Source of the DNA: Callorhinchus milii
Taxonomy: Eukaryota
Direction of reading: 5' to 3'
Length of the DNA stretch: 42,124 nucleotides
Assembly: GCF_018977255.1 (NCBI RefSeq)
Contig: NW_024705470.1
Span: 1 to 42,124, forward strand
The notes below the pieces were generated by a model. The model saw only the letters and a list, made by a program, of their open reading frames with translations. It ran no database searches and was not told the origin of the DNA. Below are positions 1 through 13,399 of the stretch, in pieces. The position numbers and the translations under genes were made by a program. Position 1 is the stretch's first letter; each line of letters starts with the position of its first letter.

Positions 1-120
1 CACTACCACTACTATACCACTACACTACACTACCACTACACTACCATTACACTAACACTAAACTACCACTACTATACCACTACACTACCACTACACTACC
101 ACTACACTACTACTACACTG
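1..120. repeat. (CACTA/CAC)n simple repeat
   Basis: Degenerate cactac/cactacta units throughout. Confidence 0.9.
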
Positions 121-1409
121 AGCATGTTCATACACACAGCAGTGTAACAGGATAACAACGTTTTGTGATTATTTTCACAGGTTAAATATTAGCAAATTAT
201 TTTAATAAACAGAATAGACAGGAAGGACAAGTTCGAAAGGGCTCGCATAATGCACACGCTAATGTACATTGCCTCAGTAATCCCCCCATCCCCCACATTG
301 TGCAAGAGCGCAGCTGCGTGGTCAACACATCTATGCTTCTATATAAGGAACAAACAGTGAGACTTCCCAAATCTGGCTGTCGACTGATGAGGCTAGTTTT
401 AATTACGACGAAACGTCGTGCTCAGATTGTAAATGTTGTGGCTTGGCTCTCCAACACACCGGTGTGCTGTACTAGTGAAACATTTGCATGTTCTGTTTAC
501 GTGACAACCCTTACTAGTTGGCTTTGTCGGGTGGTGGCGGGTTTCAACGACACATTTATATATTTAAGCGATCTTCAGATGATTATTCAAAGTTCATGGC
601 AGAAATTATAATATAAAACACTCGTTTTCTAGAAGCACCCCGCTCAACACGATTGTCCTTAAATATATTTATGAAACAAAGTCAGTACAGTATAAACTTG
701 CACATCTTATTCCAAATCAAGCTCGAGATCACCAATTTTTGATACTTCAGAGCTGTATGTCGCTTTATAATCCTCTAAACTTGCAGCAGTTTAGAGGACA
801 TTGGGGGTGAATATTAGCAAATTAACACGAAGCACGGAATTATGCATGGAGATGCACATCCTTATTCAAACGGAAGTGTACAATTATGCAGTGAGATGTA
901 CATGCGTATTATGTTGCTAGATATGCGGATTGTTAATGTAAAAATTAACAAATGAATGCAAAGTCCGTGATAGGCCAATTCGAGAACAAAGGATTTGGAT
1001 ACTAGAGCGAAGTTATAAGGGGCTTTAATCAGACCTCAAGGTCATTTCGAGAGGGATTTCACTGAGGATAGACGCTCGACTCCTCGCTCTGCAGATAACC
1101 CTTCTTGCACGAGACCAGCCTGGCGAGCACCATCGCTTGGCGACTGGTTGGCACTTTGCTTCGGGAGAGTTCGTGGCGATCTCTTCAGACGGGTGACACG
1201 GACATCGATACGCCGTGCATCAACAAGTAAGTGTCTTTGTTAGTGGATAAACTGGTAATCGCGTGTGTAGTCCGACTTACAGTGTCGCGGTTAGACGTTA
1301 GTGAGAGTTGCTTTTTGGCGATTTGAGCCAGACATCCACGCAGCTTAGAGGGTGCCTTTAACTCTCAACAACACCCGCGACTGTTACTCTGCTCTGAAGA
1401 ATCAGTCAC

Positions 1410-1945
<536 letters not shown>

Positions 1946-4631
1946 CTGTTATTAATTTTGTCGTGGTGTTTTGTGATTTCCGTGTCTTGAGTGTTGAGGT
2001 TTATTCTAGACTTCGTCACGTTAAGGTGGTGCTTTGTAGTCCTATCGGATTACTTGTTGATGTGGTGTGATGTGCAGTGGTTGTGAGGTGGTTCAATTCC
2101 TGATTTTACTCTAGTGGTTAAGTGGTCTTGTTGAGCTGAAGTTGGAGAAAGTCTGTGACCACAACTTTGCTCACTATTTTAAACATGTTCTTTAATTTTC
2201 AAGATTGTGTAATAAATTAATTAACTTCAAATAATAAGTTTCAGAGTGTGCGTGGATTGCACGTTCGCTGTTCCTGTGTTTGATGGCTTGGACTTCTGGA
2301 CGAATGGCTTCAGTGGAAAAGGACGTCAAAGGGGAAATCGACGTTTACGTTTTTGATTTTAAGAATCTGTTTTAACTGTTGAATTTCTATTGGGAAATAG
2401 CATGCGTATTAATAAAGATTTCGATACGAGTATTAACGTGAGTTTTTTTGCAGATTAATAAGGACCTGTTTTTAAACATGACTGATCGTACGTTATTGCT
2501 ACCATATTTCTAAATAAAAAACACAGACGAGTAGACATACACACACGAGTGTGCATCCAAACACGACTGTATATACAGCGTTGTACATTCACACACGAGT
2601 GTGCATGTGTTTCTACGAGTTTTAACGTTAATATACTTGCAGAACAATAAAGACCTGCTATGTTAAAGATGACTGATCGTCCCTTATTGCTACAATGTTC
2701 ATAGCGAACACGTGTGGAGGCGAGTTTCAGGTGAAGCATCTCCATCACACAAGTTTACCCTTACCTGGCAGCATCGTGGCAGTCCGCTGGTCACACTCAA
2801 CACGTCACACTCACGAGCTGTAGGGGCGGGGCTCTGTCTGCTCAGTGGCGCTGTTTTCATTCATTTAGCACCACGAGCGGGGAGTCTCATCCCTGTAGTT
2901 TTCTGTTGTGGTGGCGCATTCCTACCACGTTGCCCCTAAATTCTTTGTCTGACGTACAAAGGGATTGCGTTCTACTACACAAACAAATGTGCGAACAAAT
3001 TATTGTACATACCTATACACACACGTTCACGCATGTGCACATCCACATCAACGAGTGTAAATAAACACACGACTGGACATACACAGAAGTACAGATCCAT
3101 GTACATACAAACAGTATTTTTTTTTCACGAGCCCCTGTTGTTTGGTATTCCCCAGCCACGAGTAAAGTTCGGAAAAAAGAATCCGCTACCTCATCGTCGG
3201 TGCCGGACGGTAACGCTGCGGTGGATGTGAGCAATGTCCTGGAGGGAAGGCGCGTAGCCACCATAGAGGCCCACGAGGTCTCTGGACGGGTGCGAGGCGC
3301 TGGTCATCTCTCCAAATTCAATGCAATTATCATTTTTAAAAAATGTATCCAAAATATTAAACACATACATACGAGTTTAACACGTAGGATTTCGGGACCA
3401 ACATCATCCATAATAGAGGTAGTAATCCCACGCTCCCCCCCCACATTGTTCAAGTGCGCAGCTGCGTGGTCAACACATCTATGCTTCTATTTAAGGAACA
3501 AAACAGTGAGACTTCCCAAATCTGGCTGTCGACTGATGAAGCTAGTTTTAATTACGGACGAAACGTCGTACTCAGATTGTAAATGTTGTGGCTTGGCTCT
3601 CCAACACACCGGTGTGCTGTACTAGTGAAACATTTGCATTTTCTGTTTACGTGACAATCCTTACTAGTTGGCTTTGTCGGGTGGTGGCGGGTTTCAACGA
3701 CACGTTTATATATTTAAGCGATCTAACCCAAAAAACCTTTAATATGGACGTGATAATAAACCAAGCTTACAAGCTAAACCATTCAGATCATTATTCAAAG
3801 TTCATGGCAGAAATTATAATGTAAAACACTCGTTTTCTAGAAGCACCCCGCTCAACACGATTGTCCTTAAATATATTTATAAAACAAAGTCAGTACAGTA
3901 TAAACTTGCACATTTTATTCCAAATCAAGCTCGAGATCACCAATTTTGATATTTCAGGCTGTATGTCGCTTTATAATCCTCTAAACTTGCAGCAGTTTAG
4001 AGGACATTGGAGGGTGAATATTAGCCAATTAACACGAAGCACGGAATTATGCATGGAGATGCACATCCTTATTCAAACGGAAGTGTACAATTATGCAGTG
4101 ATATGTACATACGTTTTATGTTGCTGGATATGCGGATTGTTAATGTAAAAATTAACAATTGAATGCAAAGTCCATAATAGGCCAAGTTGAGAACAAAGGG
4201 TTTGGATGCTAGAGCGAAGTTATAAGGGGCTTAAAATCAGACCTCAAGGTCATTTCGAGACGGATTTTGCTGAGGCATAGACGCTCGACTCCTCGCTCTG
4301 CAGATAACCCTTCTTCCACGAGACCCAGCCTGGCGAGCACGATTGCTTGGCGACTGGTTGGGGACTTTGCTTCGGGAGAGTTCGTGGCGATCTCTTCAGA
4401 CGGGTTACAGGGACATCGATACGCCGTGCATCAACAAGTAAGTGTCTTTGTTAGTGGATAAACTGGTAATCGCGTGTGTAGTCCGACTTAGGAGACGTTA
4501 CTGTGTATCAGTTAGACGTTGGTAAGAGTTTGCTTCTTGGCGATTTGAGCCAGACATCCACGCAGCTTAGAGGGCGCCTTTAACTCTCAACAACACCCGC
4601 GACTGTTACTCTGCTCTGAAGAATCAGTCAC

Positions 4632-4998
4632 ATGGAGCAGAAAAACTCTCCACATCGGCACGCACACACTGGCAAGAAGCGGTTCAATTGCTCTCTTTGT
4701 GGGAAGGCATTTTCACTGAAACAAAATCTTCACACTCACCAGAACACACACACGGGCGAAAAGCCGTTCAATTGTTCTGTGTGTGGGAAGGCATTTGCAG
4801 ATTCATCAAATCGTAACCGTCACCAGAAAACACACACGGGCGAGAAGCCGTTCAATTGCTCTGTGTGCGGGAAGGTATTTGCACAGAAATCAACTCTTCA
4901 CACTCACCAGAAAACACACAGGTGAGAAGCCATTCAAGTGCTCTGTGTGTGGGAAGGCATTTTCACGGAAATAAAATCTTCACAGTCACCAGGAAATA
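4632..4998 (+). pseudogene. C2H2 zinc-finger gene, copy 2: 3 in-frame fingers, a frameshift, and a 4th finger with the same premature stop
   Basis: N-terminus identical to copy 1. A 2-bp loss in the (CA)n run at ~4915-4920. TAA at 4972-4974. Confidence 0.85.
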
Positions 4999-7152
4999 CT
5001 GTTATTAATTTTGGTCGTGGTGTTTTGTGATTTCCGTGTCTTGAGTGTTGAGGTTTATTCTAGACTTCGTCACGTTAAGGTGGTGCTTTGTAGTCCTATC
5101 GGATTACTTGTTGATGTGGTGTGATGTGCAGTGGTTGTGAGGTGGTTCAATTCCTGATTTTACTCTAGTGGTTAAGTGGTCTTGTTGAGCTGAAGTTGGA
5201 GAAAGTCTGTGACCACAACTTTGCTCACTATTTTAAACATGTTCTTTAATTTTCAGATTGTGTAATAAATTAATTAACTTCAAATAATAAGTTTCAGAGT
5301 GTGCGTGGATTGCACGTTCGCTGTTCCTGTGTTTGATGGCTTGGACTTCTGGACGAATGGCTTCAGTGGAAAAGGACGTCAAAGGGGAAATCGACGTTTA
5401 CGTTTTGATTTTAAGAATCTGTTTTAACTGTTGAATTCTATTGGGAAATAATTTGCCTAGTTCCTTTCCTGTTTGAGCATGCGTATTAATAAAGATTTCG
5501 ATACGAGTATTAACGTGAGTTTTTTTGCAGATTAATAAGGACCTGATTTGTTTTTAAACATGACTGATCGTACGTTATTGCTACTATATTTCCTTTAAAA
5601 AAACACGGACGAGTAGGCATACACACACGAGTGTGCATCCAAACACGACTGTATATACAGCGGTGTGCATTCACACACGAGTGTGCATGTGTTTCTACGA
5701 GTTTTAACGTTAATATACTTGCAGAACAATAAAGACCTGATATGTTAAAGATGACTGATTCCTTATTGCTACAATGTTCATAGCGAACACGTGTGGAGGC
5801 GAGTTTCAGGTGAAGCATCTCCATCACACAAGTTGACCCTTACCTGGCAGCATCGTGGCAGTCCGCTGGTCACACTCATGACGTCACACTCATGACGTCA
5901 CACACACGAGCTGTAGGGGCGGGGCTCTGTCTGCTCAGTGGCGCTGTTTTCATTCATTGAGCACCACGAGCGGGGAGTCTCATTCCTACCACGTTGCCCC
6001 TAAATTCTTTGTACGACACAATATTAAAATAATTTGTTTGTTCCAATACATAATCATACACGAGTACACATATACACCCCATGTACACACACCCACACAC
6101 GAGTGGACATACGCAGAGGTGTAGATACATACGCGAATGTGCATACACACCGCTTTGTACATACACACACGGGTGCACATGCATACAAGTGCGCATACAC
6201 ACACGAGTGTACATACACAGCAGTGTACGTACCCAGGGATTGCGTTTGACATCACAAATAAATGGGCGAACAAATGATTGTACATACCTATACACACACA
6301 TTCACGCATGTACATATCCACATAAACAAGTGTGAATAAACACACGAGTGGACATACACAGCAGTACAGATCCATGTGCATACACACAGCAGCAGACTAG
6401 GATAGCGGGTTTTGTGATTATTTTCACAGGTTAAACTGACGATACAAATCTTAGATGCCCCACAACATTGAAGTACGTTATACTTTTGAAAAAAAACGCA
6501 TTCAATTCTAATTCCTTCTCTGTTTCCACTCCAAACGCTTGGAATTATTAATAATATTTTAAATAGTTGTCCCATGTTTAATGAGTGTAGTGAAGGCATC
6601 AATTTAGTTTATTTCATTCCATTTGTTTGCATTTGCTACGGCACACTGTTTGAGATAATTATTCTTCCCATTTATGAAATCTCTCTAGAATAATTTACAT
6701 TTTCTTCATAAACTTCCTTGCATGCAATTGTTATTCTCGGAAGTAACTCTCTTCATATCTAACAAACCTAATCTCATGTGGCCATTGTGCTCAAGCCTAA
6801 GTAGGATTTTGCATTTCACTGCATCATTGTTCGCTTCAGTTTGAATACGGATAGGCATCTCCTTGCATAATCATGTGCATGTTGTTAGTTTGCACATTTA
6901 CAATGGCCTGTAAACTGTGATCAAGTTATCGGCCTTACCTGTGAAATACAGTATGAAATATTGTTGATCGAGATATACTTATACTAAGAGGTGCATGCTT
7001 CATAGCGTGTTGATGGGGTTTTATGAATATGTTTAAGGACACTTGTTGATCAGCGTGTGTCTCGACAGCGAAGGTGAATTGTTATATTACCACTAAAATG
7101 GTTACAATTGCCGTGGATACCCATCTGGATGGTATAGTTTGTAAGCATTAAA

Positions 7153-7435
7153 TTTCGATTTAAAACTTTCGTGACTGTAGGGATTCATCTTCTTAGTTCT
7201 TTCGGTAAAGTCACGTAGAATGGAAATAATAAAATAATAAAAATAATAAAATAATTCTCACGACGTTTCGGCCACAACGCAAGCAGCCGTTCTCAGGTGA
7301 AGAACAGGTCTGTCGAGAAGACAGAGTCTGAATGACACACTCCAGGCTCCAAGTAGTGGCTCCAAGCCTGGAGTGTGTGACGGCTGCTTGCGTTGTGGCC
7401 GAAACGTCTAGAGAATTATTCTATTATGTTTTATT
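7153..7435. mobile_element. Penelope-like (PLE) fold-back fragment, family A, with a mutated hammerhead
   Basis: Left arm ttcgatttaaaactttcgtgactg..ttcggtaaagtcacgtag. Minus-strand hammerhead at 7258-7300 with core CTGAGAA (G8 lost). Inverted partial arm at 7379-7435. Confidence 0.75.
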
Positions 7436-7687
7436 TGTATTGACGACAATTCCTCTTTCGACCCCATGCAGGTGGACACTGAGAAATGGCTGCTGGAGTG
7501 GCTGGAGAGTAAAAGTTTTGAGAACTTCTGTTAACTCTTGAAGTCCTGGAATGTGCATGTTTGTGTCTCTGTTAGATCAGTTAATACGGAACGAATTATT
7601 AATTCCGTGATTTCCAGTACTCCAAGCTAGACTGATGTTGTGAATGCTCTATAATGTGTTCAGATGAAAGCCTTCCTTTTAATTTTT

Positions 7688-10646
7688 GTTTGATGGCTTG
7701 GACTTCTGGACGAATGGCTTCAGTCGAAAAGGACGTCAATGGGGAAATCGACGTTTACGTGTTAGATTTTAATAATATGTTTTAACTGTTGAATTCCTAT
7801 TGGAAAATAATTTGCCTAGTCCCTTCCTGTTTGAGCATGCGTATTAATAAAGATTTCGATACGAGTATTAACGTGAATTTTCTTGCAGATTAATAAAGAC
7901 CTGAATTGTTTTTAAAGATGACTGATCTACGTTATTTCAACCATATCCTTCCTTAGAAAAACACGGACGAGTAGACATACACACACGAGTGTGCATCCAA
8001 ACACGACTGTCTATACAGCGGTGTGCATTCACACACGAGTGTGCATGTGTTTCTACGAGTGTTAACGTTAATTTACTTGCAGAACAATAAAGACCTGACA
8101 TGTTAAAGATGACTAATCGTCCCTTATTGCTACAATGTTCATAGCGAACACGTGTGGAGGCGAGTTTCAGGTGAAGCATCTCCAGCACAGAAGTTTACCC
8201 TCACCTGGCAGCATCGTGGCTGTCCGCTTATCACACTCATGACGTCACACTCATGACGTCACACGCACGAGCTGTAGGGGCGGGGCTCTGTCTGCTCAGT
8301 GGCGCTGTTTTCATTAACTTAGCACCACGAGCGGGGAGTCTCAACCCTGTAGTTCCCTGTTGTGGTGCCGCGTTCATCACCACGTTGCCCCTCAATTCTT
8401 TGTACGAAACACACACCCACACACGAGTGGACATAGCAGTGTATATACATAGACGAATGTACATACACACCGCTTTGTACATACAAACCGCTACACTACC
8501 GCTCCCCAAGTGTACTTACACAGCAGTGTAAATACACACACGCTTACAAGCTATACCATTTCGATTTTCATTAAAAGTGTATGACAGCAATCGTAATAAT
8601 TTTCGTGGATTAAATTAAACAAATCACCTTGATTGTTCTGACGCGGTCATATCAACACAAGTACTTCAATATTTTTATAAAACAAAGTCAGCACGGTATA
8701 AACTTGCACCTCAAAGTCCAAATCACAATTTTAATACTACAGTCTGCATCTGCCTGGTAACGCCTTTGAACTGGCAGCATTTTGCAGCACATTGCAGGGT
8801 GAATATTAGCAAATCAACGCGAATTATGCGGTGACATGAATATACGTATTCAGGATTAAGCTTAATAGCCAGATTCCACAAGTCATGACTAATCCCATAT
8901 CTGCATTTTCCATAAATATGCTAAATTCGTCTTGATATGCAAACTCTTGTAACCTCCGAGTTCAACCAGTCTACACAACAAAGGCTCATTCCTAACAGCG
9001 TGTTTCAGCCGCATCGAACCTCACAATAATAATATCCTCTCAAACTCTACCAGATACATACTCGAGTACACATATACACTCCCTTATACACACACCCACA
9101 CACGAGTGGGCATAGCAGTGTATATACATAGACGAATGTGCATACATATACACACGAATGTGTATATACAGGGGTGTACATACAGATATGCAACGCAGTG
9201 TACATAAACACACGAGTGTACATTCAAAGCATTGTACGTCAACTAGGATTGCGTTCCACTGCGAACACGCACGTTTGTACCTACATACATATGCACACAA
9301 ATGCATGTACATGCACACACGAGTGCTCGTCTTGTTGTAGTGTTTCCTATGTAATGGTTTATGGTATACGCAGGAGTACAAAATGTGCACTTCACACCTA
9401 CGCGCCGTTTGCCCATTGATCGTGATGATGATGAATAACATGTTACTTGATCTAACAGAGAAACGAATGGTTACAATTGGAACAATAAATATACTCAACG
9501 AGTTTTGATTAGGATGGTGCGGTTAAATAGCTATTCCAATCCATTGAGATTGCACATTCAGCAAATTATAATGCGACCACAATGCGATCCTAGTAATTAT
9601 AGTGCAATTCTAATCCCGCACCCCCAGTTCGCATATCCGTCCCTAGTTTCGTAAATAAATATATGTGCATACATATGCATACATCAGAGTATAGTGGGAT
9701 TATAATGTAGGAGGGCATAGAAGGAATCTAACTCGACATATATGCATCTTCGGTGGATGTATGAGCAACCACCACTCCTCGCCTCCCGTTGATTGGGAGG
9801 TGAGCCCACGGTAGCCTGGCGCTTACAGCTTTCTACACCTTACGCCACGCTCCCACGTCCCCTTGATTCGTTTGTTTTTCTCTGAAGAAGAGCCCCCTGT
9901 TGTTTGGCATTCCCCTCCCACGAGTAAAAAGAATCCACTGCCTCATCCGCGGTGCCGGACAATGTCCCGGAGGGAAGGCTCGTAGCCACCACAGAGGCCC
10001 ACGAGGTCTCTGGACGTGTGCGAGGCGCTGGTAACCTCTCCATATTCAATAAAATTGCCATAAAAAACACGTCCAAAATATTAAACACATACACTCGATT
10101 TAAAGCTTTCGTGACTGCAGGGATTCATCTTCTTGGTTCTTTCGGTAAAGTCACGTAGAATGGAAACAATAAAAAATAATAAAATAATACATCATATTAT
10201 TTTATTACGTTTTATTTTATGGAAACAATAAAAATAATGAAATAAAACATTATATTATTTTATTATGTTTTATTGTATTATTTTTATTGTTTCCATTCTA
10301 CGTCACTTTACCGAAAGAACCAAGAAGACATACACTCGAGTTTAACACGTCAGATTTCGGGACCAATATCATCCATAATAGAGGTTTTGGAGTTAGATAG
10401 CCGAATTATATGAAGGTGTCGTTAAAATTATACATTAGATAAATGCATACTCACAAAGGACAGCGTACTTCAACAGGGATTACCATTGGTAGGGCTATTT
10501 TAATAAACACAATAGACAGGAAGGACACGTTCAAAGGGCTCGCATAATGCACACGCTTAATGTACATTGCCTCAGTAATCCCCCCCCCACACCCACATTG
10601 TGCAAGAGCGCAGCTGCGTGGTCAACACATCTACGCTTCTATATAA
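7688..10646. repeat. Third, fragmented copy of the duplicated unit, without the ZNF exon
   Basis: 7688-8400 matches 2278-2945. ~8640-8850 is a diverged match to ~650-880. 9890-10385 matches 3130-3420. 10497-10646 matches 200-346. Confidence 0.8.
10099..10327. mobile_element. PLE family A fold-back insertion with a 12-bp TSD
   Basis: Inverted arms. Flanking duplication acatacactcga at 10087-10098 and 10328-10339. The paralogous site near 3355-3385 is empty. Confidence 0.85.
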
Positions 10647-10671
10647 TTTAGTTTGTTCAGTTTTAGTTTTA

Positions 10672-11192
10672 AACCGTTCTCCTATCTCTTAACATTGCCC
10701 AATAGACTTCGTATGGGAACCGGTTCCCTATCTCTTAACATTGTCCCATAGACTTCCTATAGGAACCGGTTCCCTATCTCTTAACATTGCCCAATAGACT
10801 TTCTATGGGAACCGGTTCCCTATCTCTTAACATTGTCCCATAGACTTCCTATAGGAACCGGTTCCCTATCTCTTAACATTGCCCAATAGACTTTCTATGG
10901 GAACCGGTTCCCTATCTCTTAACATTGTCCCATAGACTTTCTATGGGAACCGGTTCCCTATCTCTTAACATTGTCCCATAGACTTTCTATGGGAACCGGT
11001 TCCCTATCTCTCAACATTGTCCCATAGACTTTCTATGGGAACGGGTTCCATATCTCTTAACATTGTCCCATAGACTTTCTATGGGAACCGGTTCCCTATC
11101 TCTTAACATTGTCCCATAGACTTTCTATGGGAACCGGTTCCCTATCTCTTAACATTGCCCATAGACTTTCTATGGGGAACCGGTTCCCTATC
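10672..11192. repeat. 46-bp minisatellite, ~11 copies
   Basis: Unit ttccctatctcttaacattgtcccatagactttctatgggaaccgg, head-to-tail with no spacers. Confidence 0.95.
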
Positions 11193-11825
11193 ACCACTCA
11201 CTCACCACTCACACACTCACCACTCACTCACCACTCACCACTCACTCACCACACACTCACCCACCCACTCACCATCTCACCATCCCACACACCCACTTAC
11301 CCACCCACCCACCCACTCAGCCACTCAGGCGTCACATAATGTTGTTGATGTTGTTGTTGTTGACGATGTTGTTGTCGTTGTTGTTGTTGACGATGATGAT
11401 GTTGTTGTTGACGATGATGATGTTGTTGTTGTTGACGATGTTGATGATGTTGTTGACAATGTTGTTGTTGTTGACGATGTTGATGATGTTGTTGACAATG
11501 TTGTTGTTGCTGCCGCTGCAGACGCGCGACTGGAACGAGGAGCTGCAGAGCTGCCGTGAGCTCCCCCACAAGACGCTGTCACAGAGACTCGTTAGAGAGA
11601 GAGAGCCACACTCAAGGTGGTGTGGTGATGGTGGTGGTGGTGATGGTGGTGATGGTGGTGGTGATGGTGGTGGTGATGGTGGTGGTGATGGTGGTGGTGT
11701 TGGTGATGGTGGTGGTGTTGGTGGTGGTGGTGATGGTGGTGGTGGTGATGGTGGTGGTGGAGGTGGTGGAGGTGGTGGTGGAGGTGGTGGTGGTGGTGAT
11801 GGTGGTGGTGGAGGTGGTGGAGGTG
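11193..11825. repeat. Microsatellite cluster: (CACT)n, (GTT/GAT)n, (GGT)n
   Basis: Visible simple repeats at ~11193-11325, 11338-11510 and 11618-11825. Confidence 0.95.
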
Positions 11826-12407
11826 TGTTGTATGTGTTGGGATTATGAAATTTTGATAAAAATAATAAAAATTAATAATTTTCCGAAAAATGCGCAAATC
11901 GCATGGATTATGTTAATGTGTGTATTAATATGCATACATTATGATAATGCGTGTAATTATATGCATAGATTATGATAATCACGGAGATAATCGTAGTAAT
12001 TTATGCGGATGCTTGCGATTGTGTTACTGTGTGCAGTTCTGATAATTTGCTTAGTTTCGTTTATCCAGAGTTATCAATCAGGATAACACGATTATCATCG
12101 ATTAAACGTTTACCGATTATCTTAGTGTGTTTATATTATTTTAGGTCACCAGTTCAGATCTCATCACAGGATACAGCTCTTATGAATAAGATAGTTTTGC
12201 ATGGACTTGGAAAGAAGCACTCGAACAGTTGGTGTGAAGCAATTTTATTCTAACAAGCATGTGACATTCTATCATGCAGGTCAAACATGCGTCAATAATT
12301 CATGAATAACCAAACACTTATGCATTTGCGATATCATGCATTCGATTAATATGAATAACTAAAATTCTTATGCAATTACGAGACTATGCATTTGAATTAC
12401 GAGACTA

Positions 12408-12990
12408 TGCTTATGAGCGAAAACATCTGCGTTATGCCGATCTAGCTGCCGAAGCACGGCATCATGGCTGGAACACAGAAGTCCGACCAGTGGAGGTGGG
12501 CTGCAGAGGTTTTGTGGCAACATCTACAACCAAACTGCTTAGAGACCTGGGAATTAAGGGCCAGAGCCAGCGTTCGGCAATCAAAGCTGTATCGGAGGCG
12601 GCAGAAGGCAGCAGTCAGTGGCTCTGGATGAAGAGGAAAGACCCCAGCTGGGCCCCAAAGTGAGAGGGCCAGGAGGTATGCAGTCAACAATGCTTGACTC
12701 AGGGAGGAGGACGCCCCTGCCATGCATAGTCCCATGGGATGTTGGCTACCAACAACAAGGCAACTCCTATGACTAATTGGGAATGGGACGCAAGCGTAGG
12801 ATTGATCACCCTGTCGCTGGCCGCCTTTGGGGAGGGTGTATAGTATGAAAGGCCGAAACACCCTAGGAACCAAAGGGTCACTACTGACGATGCGCTCCCC
12901 AAATTTCACCAGGCTCACTGTTCATGAACTCTTGGAAGTGCTTGCACAAAGGATAGTAACATCTCATCCTGTGTTCTTTGGAATCTGACT
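12408..12990 (+). mobile_element. 5'-truncated non-LTR retrotransposon with a C-terminal restriction-like endonuclease (HERO-like) and 3' UTR
   Basis: ERKHLRYADLAAE..GW..PVEVGCRGF..AE.SSQWLWMKRK matches the RLE C-terminus of HERO/R2-group elements. Stop at 12661-12663. The 3' boundary is approximate. Confidence 0.75.
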
Positions 12991-13399
12991 AAAATGAATG
13001 ACTCAAAACTCTTATGCATTTAACGAACTGAATGACTAAAAACCCTCCTAACAACCAGGCATTTCATTAGTTCGGTTTTTTTTTTTGCATCGATCACAAT
13101 CGGCGACTGGCCGAGTTTGAAACAAGCATGACACACTTCATTTTGCGGTAATAAAAAGCACTTATTGTATCCCAGAGGCGAAAGTGTATGTATATACTGG
13201 TGGGTGAGGGCGTGTTGCGGGAGAGCTAATCTGGCTCTGTTTTAATTAATTCTTCGGCGAGACTCTATGACAGAAGAAACCGGTTTGACAAGATTTTCTT
13301 TGATGCTGGTCGATCTGGGTGTCGCTCGTTGTCGCTCGGTGGCGCACGGTGGCGCACGGTGGCGCACGGTGGCGCACGGTGGCGCTCGTTCAGCGATCT

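Noticed and set aside
5954..6387. Cys/Val/Tyr-rich ORFs (also 9040-9498 and 19158-19634)
   Set aside because: Products of (CA/TA)-rich low-complexity sequence.
10672..11192. CRISPR-like palindromic repeat array
   Set aside because: Units are head-to-tail with no unique spacers, there are no cas genes, and the context is eukaryotic.
11109..11975. Poly-Val/Asp, poly-Gly, poly-His and poly-Gln ORFs
   Set aside because: Translations of trinucleotide microsatellites.
13338..13385. 10-bp tandem ggtggcgcac x~4.5 as a regulatory array
   Set aside because: Simple local slippage repeat with no other support.
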